Shown here: positions 9,237 through 19,446 of the stretch, one piece after another | Position numbering within the stretch: the first letter of the stretch is position 1 | How the letters are laid out: every line of letters begins with the position of its first letter | From: Vibrio cholerae ATCC 14035 | GTDB taxonomy: Bacteria; Pseudomonadota; Gammaproteobacteria; Enterobacterales; Vibrionaceae | Assembly (NCBI RefSeq): GCF_000621645.1 | Contig: NZ_JHXR01000001.1 | Location: forward strand, 300,001 to 332,000 | Direction of reading: 5' to 3' | Length of the DNA: 32,000 nucleotides | Notes under the pieces: generated by a model | The model's input: only the letters and a program-made list of their open reading frames with translations | The model's database searches: none | Told to the model about the DNA's origin: nothing | Position numbers and translations under genes: made by a program

Positions 9237-10985
9237 ATGTCATTGCACTCTGACGAATCTAACTGGCAGACCTTTAAGCGTCTGTGGACTTATATCCGCT
9301 TATACAAAGCGGGCTTGGTGGTTTCAACTATAGCCTTAGTTATTAATGCCGCTGCTGATACTTATATGATTTCTTTACTAAAACCTTTATTGGATGAAGG
9401 TTTTGGTAATGCGGAATCCAACTTCCTGCGCATTCTGCCGTTTATGATTTTAGGGCTTATGTTTGTGCGTGGTTTAAGTGGATTTGCCTCTTCTTACTGT
9501 TTGAGCTGGGTGTCCGGCAATGTGGTGATGCAGATGCGTCGCCGTCTGTTTAACCATTTTATGCACATGCCAGTTCGTTTTTTCGACCAAGAGTCAACGG
9601 GCGGCTTATTATCGCGCATCACATACGACTCAGAACAAGTGGCTGGCGCAACCAGCCGCGCGTTAGTCAGTATTGTGCGTGAAGGGGCGAGCATTATTGG
9701 CTTGCTCACCTTGATGTTTTGGAATAGCTGGCAGCTCTCTTTGGTACTGATTGTCGTCGCACCAGTGGTGGCCTTTGCGATTAGCTTTGTTTCTAAGCGT
9801 TTTCGTAAGATTTCGCGCAACATGCAAACGGCTATGGGGCATGTGACTTCATCGGCAGAGCAGATGCTCAAGGGCCATAAAGTGGTACTGAGCTACGGCG
9901 GTCAAGAGGTCGAACGCAAACGCTTTGACAAAGTCAGTAACAGCATGCGCCAGCAAACCATGAAGCTGGTATCGGCACAGTCGATTGCAGACCCAGTGAT
10001 TCAAATGATTGCCTCACTTGCTCTGTTTGCGGTGCTCTTTTTAGCCAGTGTCGATTCGATTCGCGCTGAGTTGACTCCAGGTACATTTACTGTGGTGTTT
10101 TCAGCCATGTTTGGCCTAATGCGTCCTCTGAAAGCTCTGACCAGTGTAACGTCGGAGTTTCAGCGTGGTATGGCCGCTTGCCAGACCTTGTTTGGTTTGA
10201 TGGATCTCGAAACCGAGCGCGATAATGGCAAATATGAGGCAGAGCGTGTCAACGGTGAAGTGGATGTGAAAGACGTAACTTTCACCTACCAAGGCAAAGA
10301 AAAACCTGCGTTATCCCATGTTTCGTTCTCGATTCCGCAAGGGAAAACGGTCGCTCTGGTTGGCCGTTCTGGCTCAGGTAAATCGACCATCGCGAATCTG
10401 TTTACTCGTTTCTATGATGTCGACAGTGGATCGATCTGTCTTGATGGGCACGATGTGCGTGATTACAAGCTGACCAATCTGCGTCGTCACTTTGCCTTGG
10501 TTTCGCAAAACGTACATCTGTTTAACGACACCATCGCCAATAACATCGCTTACGCTGCCGAAGGTGAATACACCCGCGAGCAGATTGAGCAAGCCGCACG
10601 TCAAGCCCATGCGATGGAGTTTATTGAAAACATGCCGCAAGGTTTGGATACCGTGATCGGTGAGAATGGCACCAGTTTATCTGGCGGTCAGCGTCAGCGA
10701 GTGGCGATTGCTCGCGCATTGCTGCGCGATGCACCTGTGCTGATCCTCGATGAAGCGACGTCGGCACTGGATACTGAATCGGAGCGTGCCATTCAAGCGG
10801 CGTTAGATGAGCTGCAGAAAAACAAAACCGTGCTGGTGATTGCGCACCGTTTATCTACCATCGAACAAGCAGATGAAATTCTTGTGGTTGATGAAGGTGA
10901 AATCATTGAGCGTGGTCGCCATGCTGATCTGTTGGCGCAAGATGGCGCATACGCTCAGCTGCATCGCATCCAGTTTGGTGAATAG
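9237..10985 (+). CDS. msbA: Lipid A export ATP-binding/permease protein MsbA
   Basis: Near full-length collinearity with E. coli MsbA ([19 protein letters not shown]). Walker [10 protein letters not shown], signature LSGGQRQR, Walker [13 protein letters not shown]. Confidence 0.96.
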   Translation: MSLHSDESNWQTFKRLWTYIRLYKAGLVVSTIALVINAAADTYMISLLKPLLDEGFGNAESNFLRILPFMILGLMFVRGLSGFASSYCLSWVSGNVVMQMRRRLFNHFMHMPVRFFDQESTGGLLSRITYDSEQVAGATSRALVSIVREGASIIGLLTLMFWNSWQLSLVLIVVAPVVAFAISFVSKRFRKISRNMQTAMGHVTSSAEQMLKGHKVVLSYGGQEVERKRFDKVSNSMRQQTMKLVSAQSIADPVIQMIASLALFAVLFLASVDSIRAELTPGTFTVVFSAMFGLMRPLKALTSVTSEFQRGMAACQTLFGLMDLETERDNGKYEAERVNGEVDVKDVTFTYQGKEKPALSHVSFSIPQGKTVALVGRSGSGKSTIANLFTRFYDVDSGSICLDGHDVRDYKLTNLRRHFALVSQNVHLFNDTIANNIAYAAEGEYTREQIEQAARQAHAMEFIENMPQGLDTVIGENGTSLSGGQRQRVAIARALLRDAPVLILDEATSALDTESERAIQAALDELQKNKTVLVIAHRLSTIEQADEILVVDEGEIIERGRHADLLAQDGAYAQLHRIQFGE

Positions 10986-10987
10986 TG

Positions 10988-11995
10988 GTGATAGAAAAGA
11001 TCTGGTTTCACCGCCATCCATTGGGTTATTTGTTATGGCCACTGTTGTGGCCATTCAGCGTACTATTTGGTGTCATCAGCCGCTCACGGCGTAAAGCATA
11101 TCAAACGGGCGACAAACCCTCCTATCGTGCACCCTTACCCGTGGTCGTGGTGGGTAACATTACAGCCGGTGGTAATGGCAAAACCCCTGTTGTGGTTTGG
11201 CTGGTGGAAACGCTGCAAAACCTTGGCTATCGTCCGGGGGTCGTTTCACGTGGTTATGGCGCTAAAGCGCCCAGCTATCCGCTCGTGGTGAATGAGCAAA
11301 CGCCAGCTCAGCATTGCGGTGATGAGCCGAAACTCATTTTTCAGCGTACCAAAGCGCCTGTAGCGGTCGATCCTGTACGCAGCCAAGCGGTAAAAGCGCT
11401 GCTTGAGCACGGGGTCAATGTCATCGTTACGGATGATGGCTTGCAGCACTATGCGCTGCAGCGCGATATTGAAATTGCAGTAGTGGACGGCGTTCGCCGT
11501 TTCGGTAACCAGGAATTGATCCCTTTAGGTCCTCTGCGTGAACCTGTCAGCCGACTCGATGAAGTCGATTTCATTATCACTAATGGTGGCGTGGCAAAGG
11601 CCAATGAAATCGCAATGCGTCTGCAACCGACGGATGCGGTGAATCTTAAGACGGGTGAACGCTGTGCAGTGAGTAAGCTCACTCGCTTGTGCGCCATGGC
11701 TGGGATTGGCCATCCTTCCCGATTTTTTAATACTTTGCGTGAACTCAATGCCGATTTAGTTCATTGCCAAGGTTTTGCCGATCATCAAGCCTTTGATGCT
11801 GCTCAGTTAAATCAACTGGCGCAGCAAGGCGATCATCTGATCATGACAGAAAAAGATGCCGTAAAATGCGCTGAGTTTGCCCAGCCAAATTGGTGGTATC
11901 TGCCCGTTTCGGCTCAGTTTGCTCCAGAAGCGGAGCAGCGTATTGTGGACAAAATTAAAGAGGTAATGGAACCGTATGGATCACCGTCTGCTTGA
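10988..11995 (+). CDS. lpxK: Tetraacyldisaccharide 4'-kinase LpxK
   Basis: (M)IEKIWF aligns with E. coli MIEKIW. P-loop [20 protein letters not shown] motif. There are two adjacent GTG codons (10985 and 10988). GGTGA at 10977-10981 is better spaced for 10988. The start overlaps or abuts the msbA TAG. Confidence 0.92.
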
Positions 11996-12155
11996 AATCG
12001 TCGCTTGCCCAGTATGTAAAGGTAAGCTGACTTACGATAAAGATCGCCAAGAGCTGATTTGTAAGCTGGATCGTCTGGCTTATCCCATTAAAGAAGGCAT
12101 TCCGGTGCTTTTAGAGCCGGAAGCTCGCAGCATGAGCATGGATGAGGGACGCTAA
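11976..12155 (+). CDS. ycaR: YcaR / UPF0434 (Trm112-like) small protein, 59 aa
   Basis: Hand-translated: [59 protein letters not shown]. It is below the track's size cutoff. It overlaps the lpxK 3' end by 20 nt, and its TAA overlaps the kdsB ATG (TAATG). It occupies the same position as E. coli ycaR between lpxK and kdsB. Confidence 0.78.
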
Positions 12156-12913
12156 TGTCATTTACTGTCGTGATCCCTGCGCGTTACCAATCCACGCGCT
12201 TACCGGGTAAGCCTCTCGCCGATATTGGCGGTAAGCCAATGATTCAGTGGGTATATGAGCAAGCCATGCAAGCGGGAGCCGACCGCGTGATCATTGCAAC
12301 CGACGATGAGCGTGTTGAACAAGCGGTTCAAGCTTTCGGTGGTGTGGTGTGTATGACTTCGCCGAATCATCAATCTGGTACAGAACGTCTGGCGGAAGTG
12401 GTGGCGAAAATGGCGATTCCCGCCGATCACATTGTGGTGAATGTGCAGGGTGATGAGCCTTTGATTCCACCGGCGATTATCCGCCAAGTCGCGGATAACT
12501 TAGCGGCATGCAGCGCGCCGATGGCAACGTTGGCGGTGGAAATTGAAGATGAAGCGGAAGTGTTCAACCCGAATGCGGTGAAAGTGATCACCGATAAAAG
12601 CGGTTATGCGCTGTACTTCAGTCGTGCCACGATTCCTTGGGATCGTGATAACTTCGCTAAAGCGGATAAAGCTATCGTTCAACCTTTGCTGCGCCATATC
12701 GGCATCTATGCCTACCGCGCAGGCTTTATCAATACCTATCTGGATTGGCAGCCAAGCCAGCTTGAAAAGATTGAATGTTTAGAGCAACTTCGTGTGTTGT
12801 GGCATGGTGAGAAAATCCATGTTGCGGTTGCGTTAGAAGCTCCACCAGCAGGGGTGGACACGCCGGAAGATTTGGAAGTGGTGCGACGCATCGTGGCTGA
12901 GCGTGCGCAGTAG
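12155..12913 (+). CDS. kdsB: 3-deoxy-manno-octulosonate cytidylyltransferase (CMP-KDO synthetase) KdsB
   Basis: [30 protein letters not shown] is collinear with the E. coli KdsB N-terminus. VNVQGDEP motif. Confidence 0.95.
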
Positions 12914-12932
12914 TTATCTTTCAGCTAAGCAG

Positions 12933-12960
12933 AAAAAAGCTCCTTTGCAGGAGCTTTTTT
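12933..12960. terminator. Bidirectional Rho-independent terminator shared by kdsB (+) and ycgB (-)
   Basis: aaaaaaGCTCC-tttgca-GGAGCtttttt, lying between two convergent stop codons. Confidence 0.85.
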
Positions 12961-12997
12961 ATTAAGTGTTAGGGATGTTGTATTGCAGCCCCAGTAC

Positions 12998-14548
12998 TTA
13001 GATTCGACTTTCCGAGTCGTTCTTTTTGGGGCAGGTTGCGAGGATCTCTCTTCTTCCTGTGTCTTTGACCTCCTCCAGTTTGACTTCAAAACCCCATAGA
13101 CGGTGCAAGTGTTTTAGCACCTCCTCGTAGCTTGGATCTAACGGAATACGATCGTGTGGTACATACTGCAAGGTTAACGAACGGTCGCCTCGAACATCAA
13201 CGCTATACACTTGAATGTTGGGTTCAAGATTACTGAGATTGTATTGCGCCGCGAGTTTCTCGCGGATTTGTTGATATCCGAGATCATCGTGAATAGCACT
13301 GATTTCAATGTGATTTTTTCTATCATCATCGCAAATCGCAAAGAACTTAAAGTCGCGGATCAGCTTAGGTGACAGATATTGGCTGATAAAGCTCTCATCT
13401 TTAAAGTTGCGCATCGCAAAATGAAGCGCATCCAACCAGTTTGCGCCGGCCAACTCTGGGAACCACTCTTTATCTTCCTCGGTCGGCTCTTCGCAGATCC
13501 GCTTAATATCACGGAACATGGCAAAACCGAGTGCATAAGGGTTAATGCCACTGAAATAACGGCTGTTGTAGGGCGGCTGTGCCACAACGCTGGTGTGACT
13601 GTGCAAAAACTCCAGCATGAACTTGTCGCTGAGTAAGCCTTCATCATAAAGATGGTTGAGTATGGTGTAGTGCCAAAACGTCGCCCATCCTTCGTTCATG
13701 ACTTGCGTCTGCTTTTGTGGATAAAAATACTGGCTGACTTTACGCACAATACGCACGATTTCACGTTGCCAAGGCTCCAGCAAAGGGGCGTGTTTCTCAA
13801 TAAAATAGAGAATGTTTTCTTGTGGTTCACTCGGGAAGCGGCGCTGCTTTTCTTGCTCTACGGCTTTTTTCGGTACGGTACGCCATAAGGCATTCACTTG
13901 TGATTGCAGATAAGCTTCGCGCTCTTCTTGACGCGCTTTTTCTTCGGCAATCGAGATTTTTTCGGGGCGTTTATAACGGTCAACCCCGTAATTCATTAGC
14001 GCATGGCAAGAGTCGAGTAGCTTTTCCACTTCGTTCACGCCAAATTTCTGCTCACACTCAGCAATGTAGTTTTTGGCAAACAGCAGGTAATCGATGATCG
14101 AGCTGGCATCTGTCCAGGTTTGGAATAGATAGTTGCCTTTGAAGAAGGAGTTGTGGCCGTAACAGGCATGCGCCATCACCAGCGCTTGCATGGTTACGGT
14201 GTTTTCTTCCATTAGATAGGCGATACAAGGATCGGAGTTAATCACAATTTCGTATGCCAACCCCATCTGACCATGTTTGTAGGTTTGCTCGGTTTGAATG
14301 AATTTTTTACCAAACGACCAATGGTTGTAGTTGATTGGCATGCCGATGCTGGAATAGGCATCCATCATCTGCTCTGAGGTGATGATCTCAATCTGGTTTG
14401 GGTAAGTGTCCAAACGATAAAGCTCTGCCACGCGACGGATTTCTTGATGGTAGCGCTCGATCAGTTCAAACGTCCAATCTGGGCCATCGGGCAGTCGCTT
14501 ACTGTTCGCTACTTTACGCTTAGGTGCGGCTTTGGCTTTGGTAGTCAT
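12998..14548 (-). CDS. ycgB: SpoVR-family protein YcgB
   Basis: 516-aa ORF. SD GGGAGA lies 7 nt upstream of the ATG. It is the third gene after yeaG-yeaH. I recognise the sequence as the SpoVR/YcgB family (HACYGHNSFFKGN, WATFWH). Confidence 0.88.
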   Translation of the reverse strand: MTTKAKAAPKRKVANSKRLPDGPDWTFELIERYHQEIRRVAELYRLDTYPNQIEIITSEQMMDAYSSIGMPINYNHWSFGKKFIQTEQTYKHGQMGLAYEIVINSDPCIAYLMEENTVTMQALVMAHACYGHNSFFKGNYLFQTWTDASSIIDYLLFAKNYIAECEQKFGVNEVEKLLDSCHALMNYGVDRYKRPEKISIAEEKARQEEREAYLQSQVNALWRTVPKKAVEQEKQRRFPSEPQENILYFIEKHAPLLEPWQREIVRIVRKVSQYFYPQKQTQVMNEGWATFWHYTILNHLYDEGLLSDKFMLEFLHSHTSVVAQPPYNSRYFSGINPYALGFAMFRDIKRICEEPTEEDKEWFPELAGANWLDALHFAMRNFKDESFISQYLSPKLIRDFKFFAICDDDRKNHIEISAIHDDLGYQQIREKLAAQYNLSNLEPNIQVYSVDVRGDRSLTLQYVPHDRIPLDPSYEEVLKHLHRLWGFEVKLEEVKDTGRREILATCPKKNDSESRI

Positions 14549-14560
14549 CTCACAATCTCC

Positions 14561-15832
14561 CTACGCATTTTCCTTTTGGAACAGCTCCCTAAACACAGGG
14601 AAAATATCTTCAACACTGCGGATGTTCTTCATCGCGAAGTTATCGAAGGAGGCCTGTAATTTTTCATATTCGTGCCACAACGTTTGGTGTGAGCGACGCG
14701 TGATTTCGATATAGGCATAGTATTGGCAATAGGGCAGCAGCTTGTTAGAGAGTAACTCTTTGCAGCGTGGTGAATCGTCTGCCCAGTTATCCCCATCAGA
14801 GGCTTGTGCACCATAGATGTTCCACTCACCCAGTGGGTAGCGAGCTTCAATGATTTCATGCATCAGCTTGAGTGCACTGGACACTATGGTGCCGCCGGTT
14901 TCTTGCGAGTAGAAGAAGTCGTGCTCATTCACTTCTTTAGCTTGGGTATGGTGGCGAATAAATACCACTTCCACGTTTTCATAAGTGCGAGTTAAGAACA
15001 GGTACAGCAGTACATAAAAGCGTTTTGCAATATCCTTGGTCGCTTGATCCATCGAGCCTGACACGTCCATCAGACAGAACATTACCGCCTGACTGGAGGG
15101 AATCGGGCGCTTTTCGTAGTTTTTGAAGCGCAAATCAAAGGTGTCGATAAAGGGCACGCTATCGATTTTATTGCGTAGCTCCTCAATCTCTTGCTTGATG
15201 CGCATCTCTTCCATGATTTGTGGTGGTTCGCTGCGCTGAATACGTTCGAGTTCCTCTTCCAACTCACTCATCAAACGGCGTTTACCAGCGGTCATCGCCG
15301 TACGGCGCGCTAAAGATTGTTGCAGTGAACGCACCACTGAAATATTGGAGGGAACCCCCGAGGTTTGAAAACCTGCGCGATGGGTTTTCCATTCGGTGAT
15401 TTTGTTAACTTGGTTTTTCTTGAGATTCGGCAGCGCCAAATCTTCAAACAGAATATCGAGGTATTCATCTTTGGAAATTTGGAATACGAAATCATCGCTG
15501 CCTTCACCATCGGCACTGGCCTCACCTTCACCTGAGCCGCCGCTGCCTTGGCCACCTTTAGGGCGATCGATTTTATCGCCACGAATAAATTGGTCATTGC
15601 CCGGATGCACACGTTCACGCACGCCGCCTTTGCCTTGATGAAACATCGGCTCTTTAATGTCACGAGTTGGAATAGAAACATCTTCTCCAGACTCGGTATT
15701 AGTGATTGAGCGGCGGTTAACGGCATCCGCAACCGACTCTTTAATCTGCTCTTTGTAACGGCGTAAAAAGCGTTGTCGGTTGACGGTACTTTTATTTTTG
15801 CCGTTTAGCCTTCTGTCGATAAATTGCGCCAT
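14561..15832 (-). CDS. yeaH: YeaH/YhbH (DUF444) protein with a VWA-like MIDAS motif
   Basis: 423-aa ORF with SD GGGAGAGG. The N-terminus [15 protein letters not shown] is typical of DUF444. There is a low-complexity linker [27 protein letters not shown]-type residues are DVSGS ... GGT ... SDGD. Confidence 0.9.
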
Positions 15833-15851
15833 GAGCCTCTCCCTAATGACA

Positions 15852-15955
15852 TCACCTCAAACTCGAACGCGAGTTTGTTGAGGGGGTGACCTACAGCCCA
15901 ACAGCGATTCTGTGGGGTAGGTAACACCGTAGGTGGCGGTAGTTACACTACCGCC
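15852..15955 (-). promoter_or_regulatory. Three consecutive intercistronic stem-loops between yeaG and yeaH, none with a U-tract
   Basis: Stem-loop A spans 15855-15883: CCTCAAACTCG/aacg/CGAGTTTG(tt)GAGG. Stem-loop B spans 15889-15922: ACCTAC..CCCA.CAG/cgatt/CTGTGGGGTAGGT, about 13 bp with two bulges. Stem-loop C spans 15935-15955: GGCGGTAG/ttaca/CTACCGCC. None is followed by a T-run on the coding (minus) strand. Confidence 0.5.
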
Positions 15956-15976
15956 GACCATTACACGGCATACACA

Positions 15977-17911
15977 CTATGAGGATTTACGTACTCGCAA
16001 GTACCACTCAGACAGCAAGCGGACTTGTTTTTCGGTGTACCCTTTTTCCATCATACGAGCGACGAAGTCATCGTGTTTCTTCTGATCGTCGGATGAGGTC
16101 TTAGCGTTAAAGGAGATGACTGGAAGCAGATCTTCAGTATTGGAGAACATCTTTTTCTCAATCACAGTGCGCAATTTCTCGTAGCTGGTCCACACTGGGT
16201 TTTGCCCATTGTTGTTGGCACGGGCACGCAGTACGAAGTTAACGATTTCATTACGGAAATCTTTTGGATTGCTGATCCCCGCGGTTTTCTCAATTTTCTC
16301 CAATTCACTGTTGAGTGCAGAGCGGTCAAACAGTTGGCCCGTTTCTGGATCGCGATACTCTTGATCTTGAATCCAGAAGTCGGCGTAGGTGACGTAGCGG
16401 TCAAAAATATTCTGACCGTACTCAGAGTAAGACTCTAAGTAAGCGGTTTGGATCTCTTTGCCAATGAATTCGACATAGCGCGGGATTAAATAGCCTTTGA
16501 GGAACTCATTGTAGCGATCCGCCGTTTCTTGTGGGAACTGCTCACGCTCGACTTGCTGTTCGATAACGTAGAACAGATGTACTGGGTTCGCGGCGACTTC
16601 GGAGTGATCGAAGTTGAACACGCGAGAGAGAATTTTGAACGCAAAACGGGTGGAAAGCCCAGACATGCCTTCGTCAACGCCTGCGTAATCACGGTACTCT
16701 TGATAGCTTTTGGCTTTTGGATCGGTATCTTTGAGCGTTTCACCATCATAGACGCGCATTTTTGAGAACAGGGAAGAGTTCTCTGGCACTTTCAGGCGTG
16801 ACAATACGCTAAATTGCGCCAGCAGATCGAGTGTGCTTGGGGCACAAGGGGCCTTGGAGAGCTCACTGTGATCCAACAGTTTTTGGTAGATTTTGACTTC
16901 TTCTGAAACGCGCAGACAGTAAGGCACTTTGACAATATAAACCCGGTCTAGGAACGCTTCGTTGTTTTTGTTGTTACGGAAAGTTTGCCACTCGGATTCG
17001 TTGGAGTGAGCGAGGATCATCCCATCAAATGGTAACGCAGAAAGCCCTTCAGTACCGTTATAGTTACCCTCTTGGGTGGCCGTTAACAGTGGGTGTAGCA
17101 CTTTAATCGGTGCTTTGAACATTTCCACGAATTCCATCAAACCTTGGTTGGCGCGGCATAGCGCACCGGAGTAGCTGTAGGCATCTGGGTCATCTTGTGA
17201 AAAGTGTTCGAGTTTACGAATATCGACTTTACCGACCAGAGACGAAATATCTTGGTTGTTTTCATCACCCGGCTCGGTTTTAGCGACCGCGATTTGATCC
17301 AAGATGGATGGGCGTACTTTCACTACTTTGAACTTAGTGATGTCACCGCCAAATTCATGCAGGCGCTTGGCTGCCCAAGGTGACATGATGGAACGCAAGT
17401 AACGACGATCAATGCCATATTCTTGTTTGAGCAGTTCACCATCCTCATTCACATCAAATAGACAGAAGGGGTGGTCGTTAACAGGACTGCGTTGACCATT
17501 GGCTGATAACACATAAATTGGCATTTGTTGCATTAAGGCTTTGAGCTTTTCTGCCAGTGATGATTTACCGCCGCCCACAGGGCCAAGTAAATAGAGAATC
17601 TGTTTGCGCTCTTCCAAGCCTTGCGCAGCATGCTTGAGGTAAGCGACGATCTGTTCTATGGCTTCTTCCATGCCATAAAAATCTTCGAAAGTTTTATAAC
17701 GAGCAATCACTCGGTTGGAAAAAATACGGCTAAGGCGCGAGTGTTTGGATGTATCAATCATCTCGGGTTCGCCGATAGCCAGCAACAAGCGCTCCGCGGC
17801 ATTGGCATAAGCACTTTTGTTTTCTTTACACAGAGCCAGAAAGTCCTGAATGGACAGCTCTTCATCCTTGGCGGCTTCATAGCGTGCCTGAAAGTGTTCA
17901 AAAATACTCAT
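15977..17911 (-). CDS. yeaG: PrkA-family protein kinase / AAA-like P-loop protein YeaG (644 aa)
   Basis: Almost full-length collinearity with E. coli YeaG: MSIFEHFQARYEAAKDE versus MNIFDHYRQRYEAAKDE, and the C-terminus WYLRVRKSS is identical. P-loop LLGPVGGGKSSLAEKLK. SD AAGGGG lies upstream of ATG 17911. The track ORF is over-extended by 17 codons, to 17962. Confidence 0.94.
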   Translation of the reverse strand: MSIFEHFQARYEAAKDEELSIQDFLALCKENKSAYANAAERLLLAIGEPEMIDTSKHSRLSRIFSNRVIARYKTFEDFYGMEEAIEQIVAYLKHAAQGLEERKQILYLLGPVGGGKSSLAEKLKALMQQMPIYVLSANGQRSPVNDHPFCLFDVNEDGELLKQEYGIDRRYLRSIMSPWAAKRLHEFGGDITKFKVVKVRPSILDQIAVAKTEPGDENNQDISSLVGKVDIRKLEHFSQDDPDAYSYSGALCRANQGLMEFVEMFKAPIKVLHPLLTATQEGNYNGTEGLSALPFDGMILAHSNESEWQTFRNNKNNEAFLDRVYIVKVPYCLRVSEEVKIYQKLLDHSELSKAPCAPSTLDLLAQFSVLSRLKVPENSSLFSKMRVYDGETLKDTDPKAKSYQEYRDYAGVDEGMSGLSTRFAFKILSRVFNFDHSEVAANPVHLFYVIEQQVEREQFPQETADRYNEFLKGYLIPRYVEFIGKEIQTAYLESYSEYGQNIFDRYVTYADFWIQDQEYRDPETGQLFDRSALNSELEKIEKTAGISNPKDFRNEIVNFVLRARANNNGQNPVWTSYEKLRTVIEKKMFSNTEDLLPVISFNAKTSSDDQKKHDDFVARMMEKGYTEKQVRLLSEWYLRVRKSS

Positions 17912-18090
17912 AGTTGTTTCCCCTTTGAAAATGTCATGACGACATACAACCGCTGTATACAAATCCCTAACAATTTAAGCCTAGTCTGTAATCTACTCTT
18001 TTGCTTAAAAATTATGGTTTTATTTCAAAATCGTGATTTCGAGTAAGCCGATAAGTCAAAGCGGCGAAGAGGAATCGGTGTGATGGGAAA

Positions 18091-18123
18091 ATCGCAAAAT
18101 AAAAGCTGGCCTAGAGCCAGCTT
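18091..18123 (-). terminator. Rho-independent terminator downstream of yfbU
   Basis: Minus-strand reading: AAGCTGGC-tctag-GCCAGCTT followed by TTATTTTGCGATTTT. It starts about 28 nt after the yfbU stop. Confidence 0.7.
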
Positions 18124-18151
18124 AAGAGAATAAAGAGATGGAAAAGTGGAA

Positions 18152-18652
18152 TTAGGCGTTCATGATTTGACGCAATTCATTACCTGACAGATGGTATTGG
18201 CGTGGGCAGTTGCGCCAAGTGGTCAGCATGCGGCGGTATTTGGCCAACATCGGCATTTGGCTGTTGAAATGGTGTTCGCCTTTATCAAACTGAGGATAGA
18301 GACCTTCAGAGTCCACTAAGAAACGGACGTAATTGACCAACTGTGCTTCGGTCGCCATATCAAAGCCTAGGAATGTCAAACGGCGTTGATCTACATCTTT
18401 GCGTGCGGCATCGTCCAGCATTCTGTTGGATTCTTGCATCGCATGATACATCTCCATGATGTCGATGATTTCACGACACTCGGTTTCAGGCAGGCAGCCA
18501 AACTCGCGGTTCAGTTCACGCATGTGTAGCTCATAGCCACGCTCAACAATCGTTTGTAAGCGCTTGTATTTGTTTGCGTTATTAGGGTCGAGTTGTGACA
18601 TAAGGAAATATTGGTTCGATAGGATCAAACGCTGAGCGTTGGTCATTTCCAT
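18152..18652 (-). CDS. yfbU: YfbU-family protein (UPF0304), 166 aa
   Basis: [15 protein letters not shown] matches the E. coli YfbU N-terminus over 15 residues, and the C-terminal CPRQYHLS motif is shared. SD GTGAGG lies 6 nt upstream of ATG 18652. The track ORF starts 4 codons earlier. Confidence 0.9.
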   Translation of the reverse strand: MEMTNAQRLILSNQYFLMSQLDPNNANKYKRLQTIVERGYELHMRELNREFGCLPETECREIIDIMEMYHAMQESNRMLDDAARKDVDQRRLTFLGFDMATEAQLVNYVRFLVDSEGLYPQFDKGEHHFNSQMPMLAKYRRMLTTWRNCPRQYHLSGNELRQIMNA

Positions 18653-18772
18653 GTAAAGCCTCACTTCAAATCAGAGTTATTATTTTGCTGATTTAAGGTT
18701 AACAGCATTGGTGCAGAGTGAAACATGATCTCAACACGGTTTTAATAGTGAAAGCACAAAAAAACACCATGC

Positions 18773-19435
18773 TTAATGATGATAGTGGTTGTACAAATAA
18801 TCGCGATCGGAAAAAACGCGCAGCCACTCAGGGCGGAATACGGCCAAAATGGCGAGTGCCATGCCATTCAGCAGGCCTTCGGGGAAGGCGAGTAGCGGAA
18901 CAAAAATCAAATAGTTGTCGGTGATTGTGATCCAGTCATAAGCGCCTAACTGCCAGATATAAAGGGAGTTAAGCAACAGATGCAAACTGCCGGTAACGCC
19001 GGCATTAAAAAAGCCAGCCACAAAAATAAACACGAAGATGTTTCTCGGTAGGTAGTGATAGCTCAAGGCAAAAATCGAGTAACTGATCAAGATTGGCAGC
19101 AAACTCGACAGCAGTACATATTCTGGTAAAGCGGCAAAACTTATTTTGCCAAACAGTGCGAGGGTGGCGCTGACCGGCAGGGTAAGAATAAAAGCGCTGC
19201 GCCAACCATACATCATGGTCAGTGTGGTTAAGGCGAGAAAATGAATGCTCAATCCTTCTTTGACACTGGCTTGTGCCGACCAAAGCAGAAAGAGACCCAG
19301 CATCACAAAGTAGGTGAGATGTTGGAAGGATTTGTCATCTCGAAACTTCGGCCACAGCGCGTGTTGGGTATCTTTTCTGACCCAAAACAACACGATGAAG
19401 AGAATGATGGTCGAAGCGATTTGTGCGAGTTCCAA
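18773..19435 (-). CDS. Polytopic inner-membrane protein of unknown function (220 aa, about 6-7 hydrophobic spans, C-terminus YNHYHH)
   Basis: The protein is hydrophobic throughout. The only start that preserves the first hydrophobic span is TTG (19435-19433), with AGGT 7 nt upstream. The first in-frame ATG is codon 45. I cannot assign a family confidently; an ECF/CbiM-like membrane component is only a guess. Confidence 0.65.
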   Translation of the reverse strand: MELAQIASTIILFIVLFWVRKDTQHALWPKFRDDKSFQHLTYFVMLGLFLLWSAQASVKEGLSIHFLALTTLTMMYGWRSAFILTLPVSATLALFGKISFAALPEYVLLSSLLPILISYSIFALSYHYLPRNIFVFIFVAGFFNAGVTGSLHLLLNSLYIWQLGAYDWITITDNYLIFVPLLAFPEGLLNGMALAILAVFRPEWLRVFSDRDYLYNHYHH

Positions 19436-19446
19436 TTGCGTTACCT

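Noticed and set aside
15310-15732. A 140-aa minus-strand ORF inside yeaH.
   Set aside because: It is an alternate frame of yeaH. The yeaH frame carries the conserved DUF444 N-terminus and the MIDAS motif.
17912-18090. A sigma-54 (GG-N10-GC) or clear RpoS/sigma-70 promoter upstream of yeaG, expected from the E. coli yeaGH literature.
   Set aside because: I scanned the minus strand and found no TGGCAC-N5-TTGCA-like element and only weak sigma-70 hexamers. The small palindrome GTCATGAC near 17933-17940 is too short to interpret.
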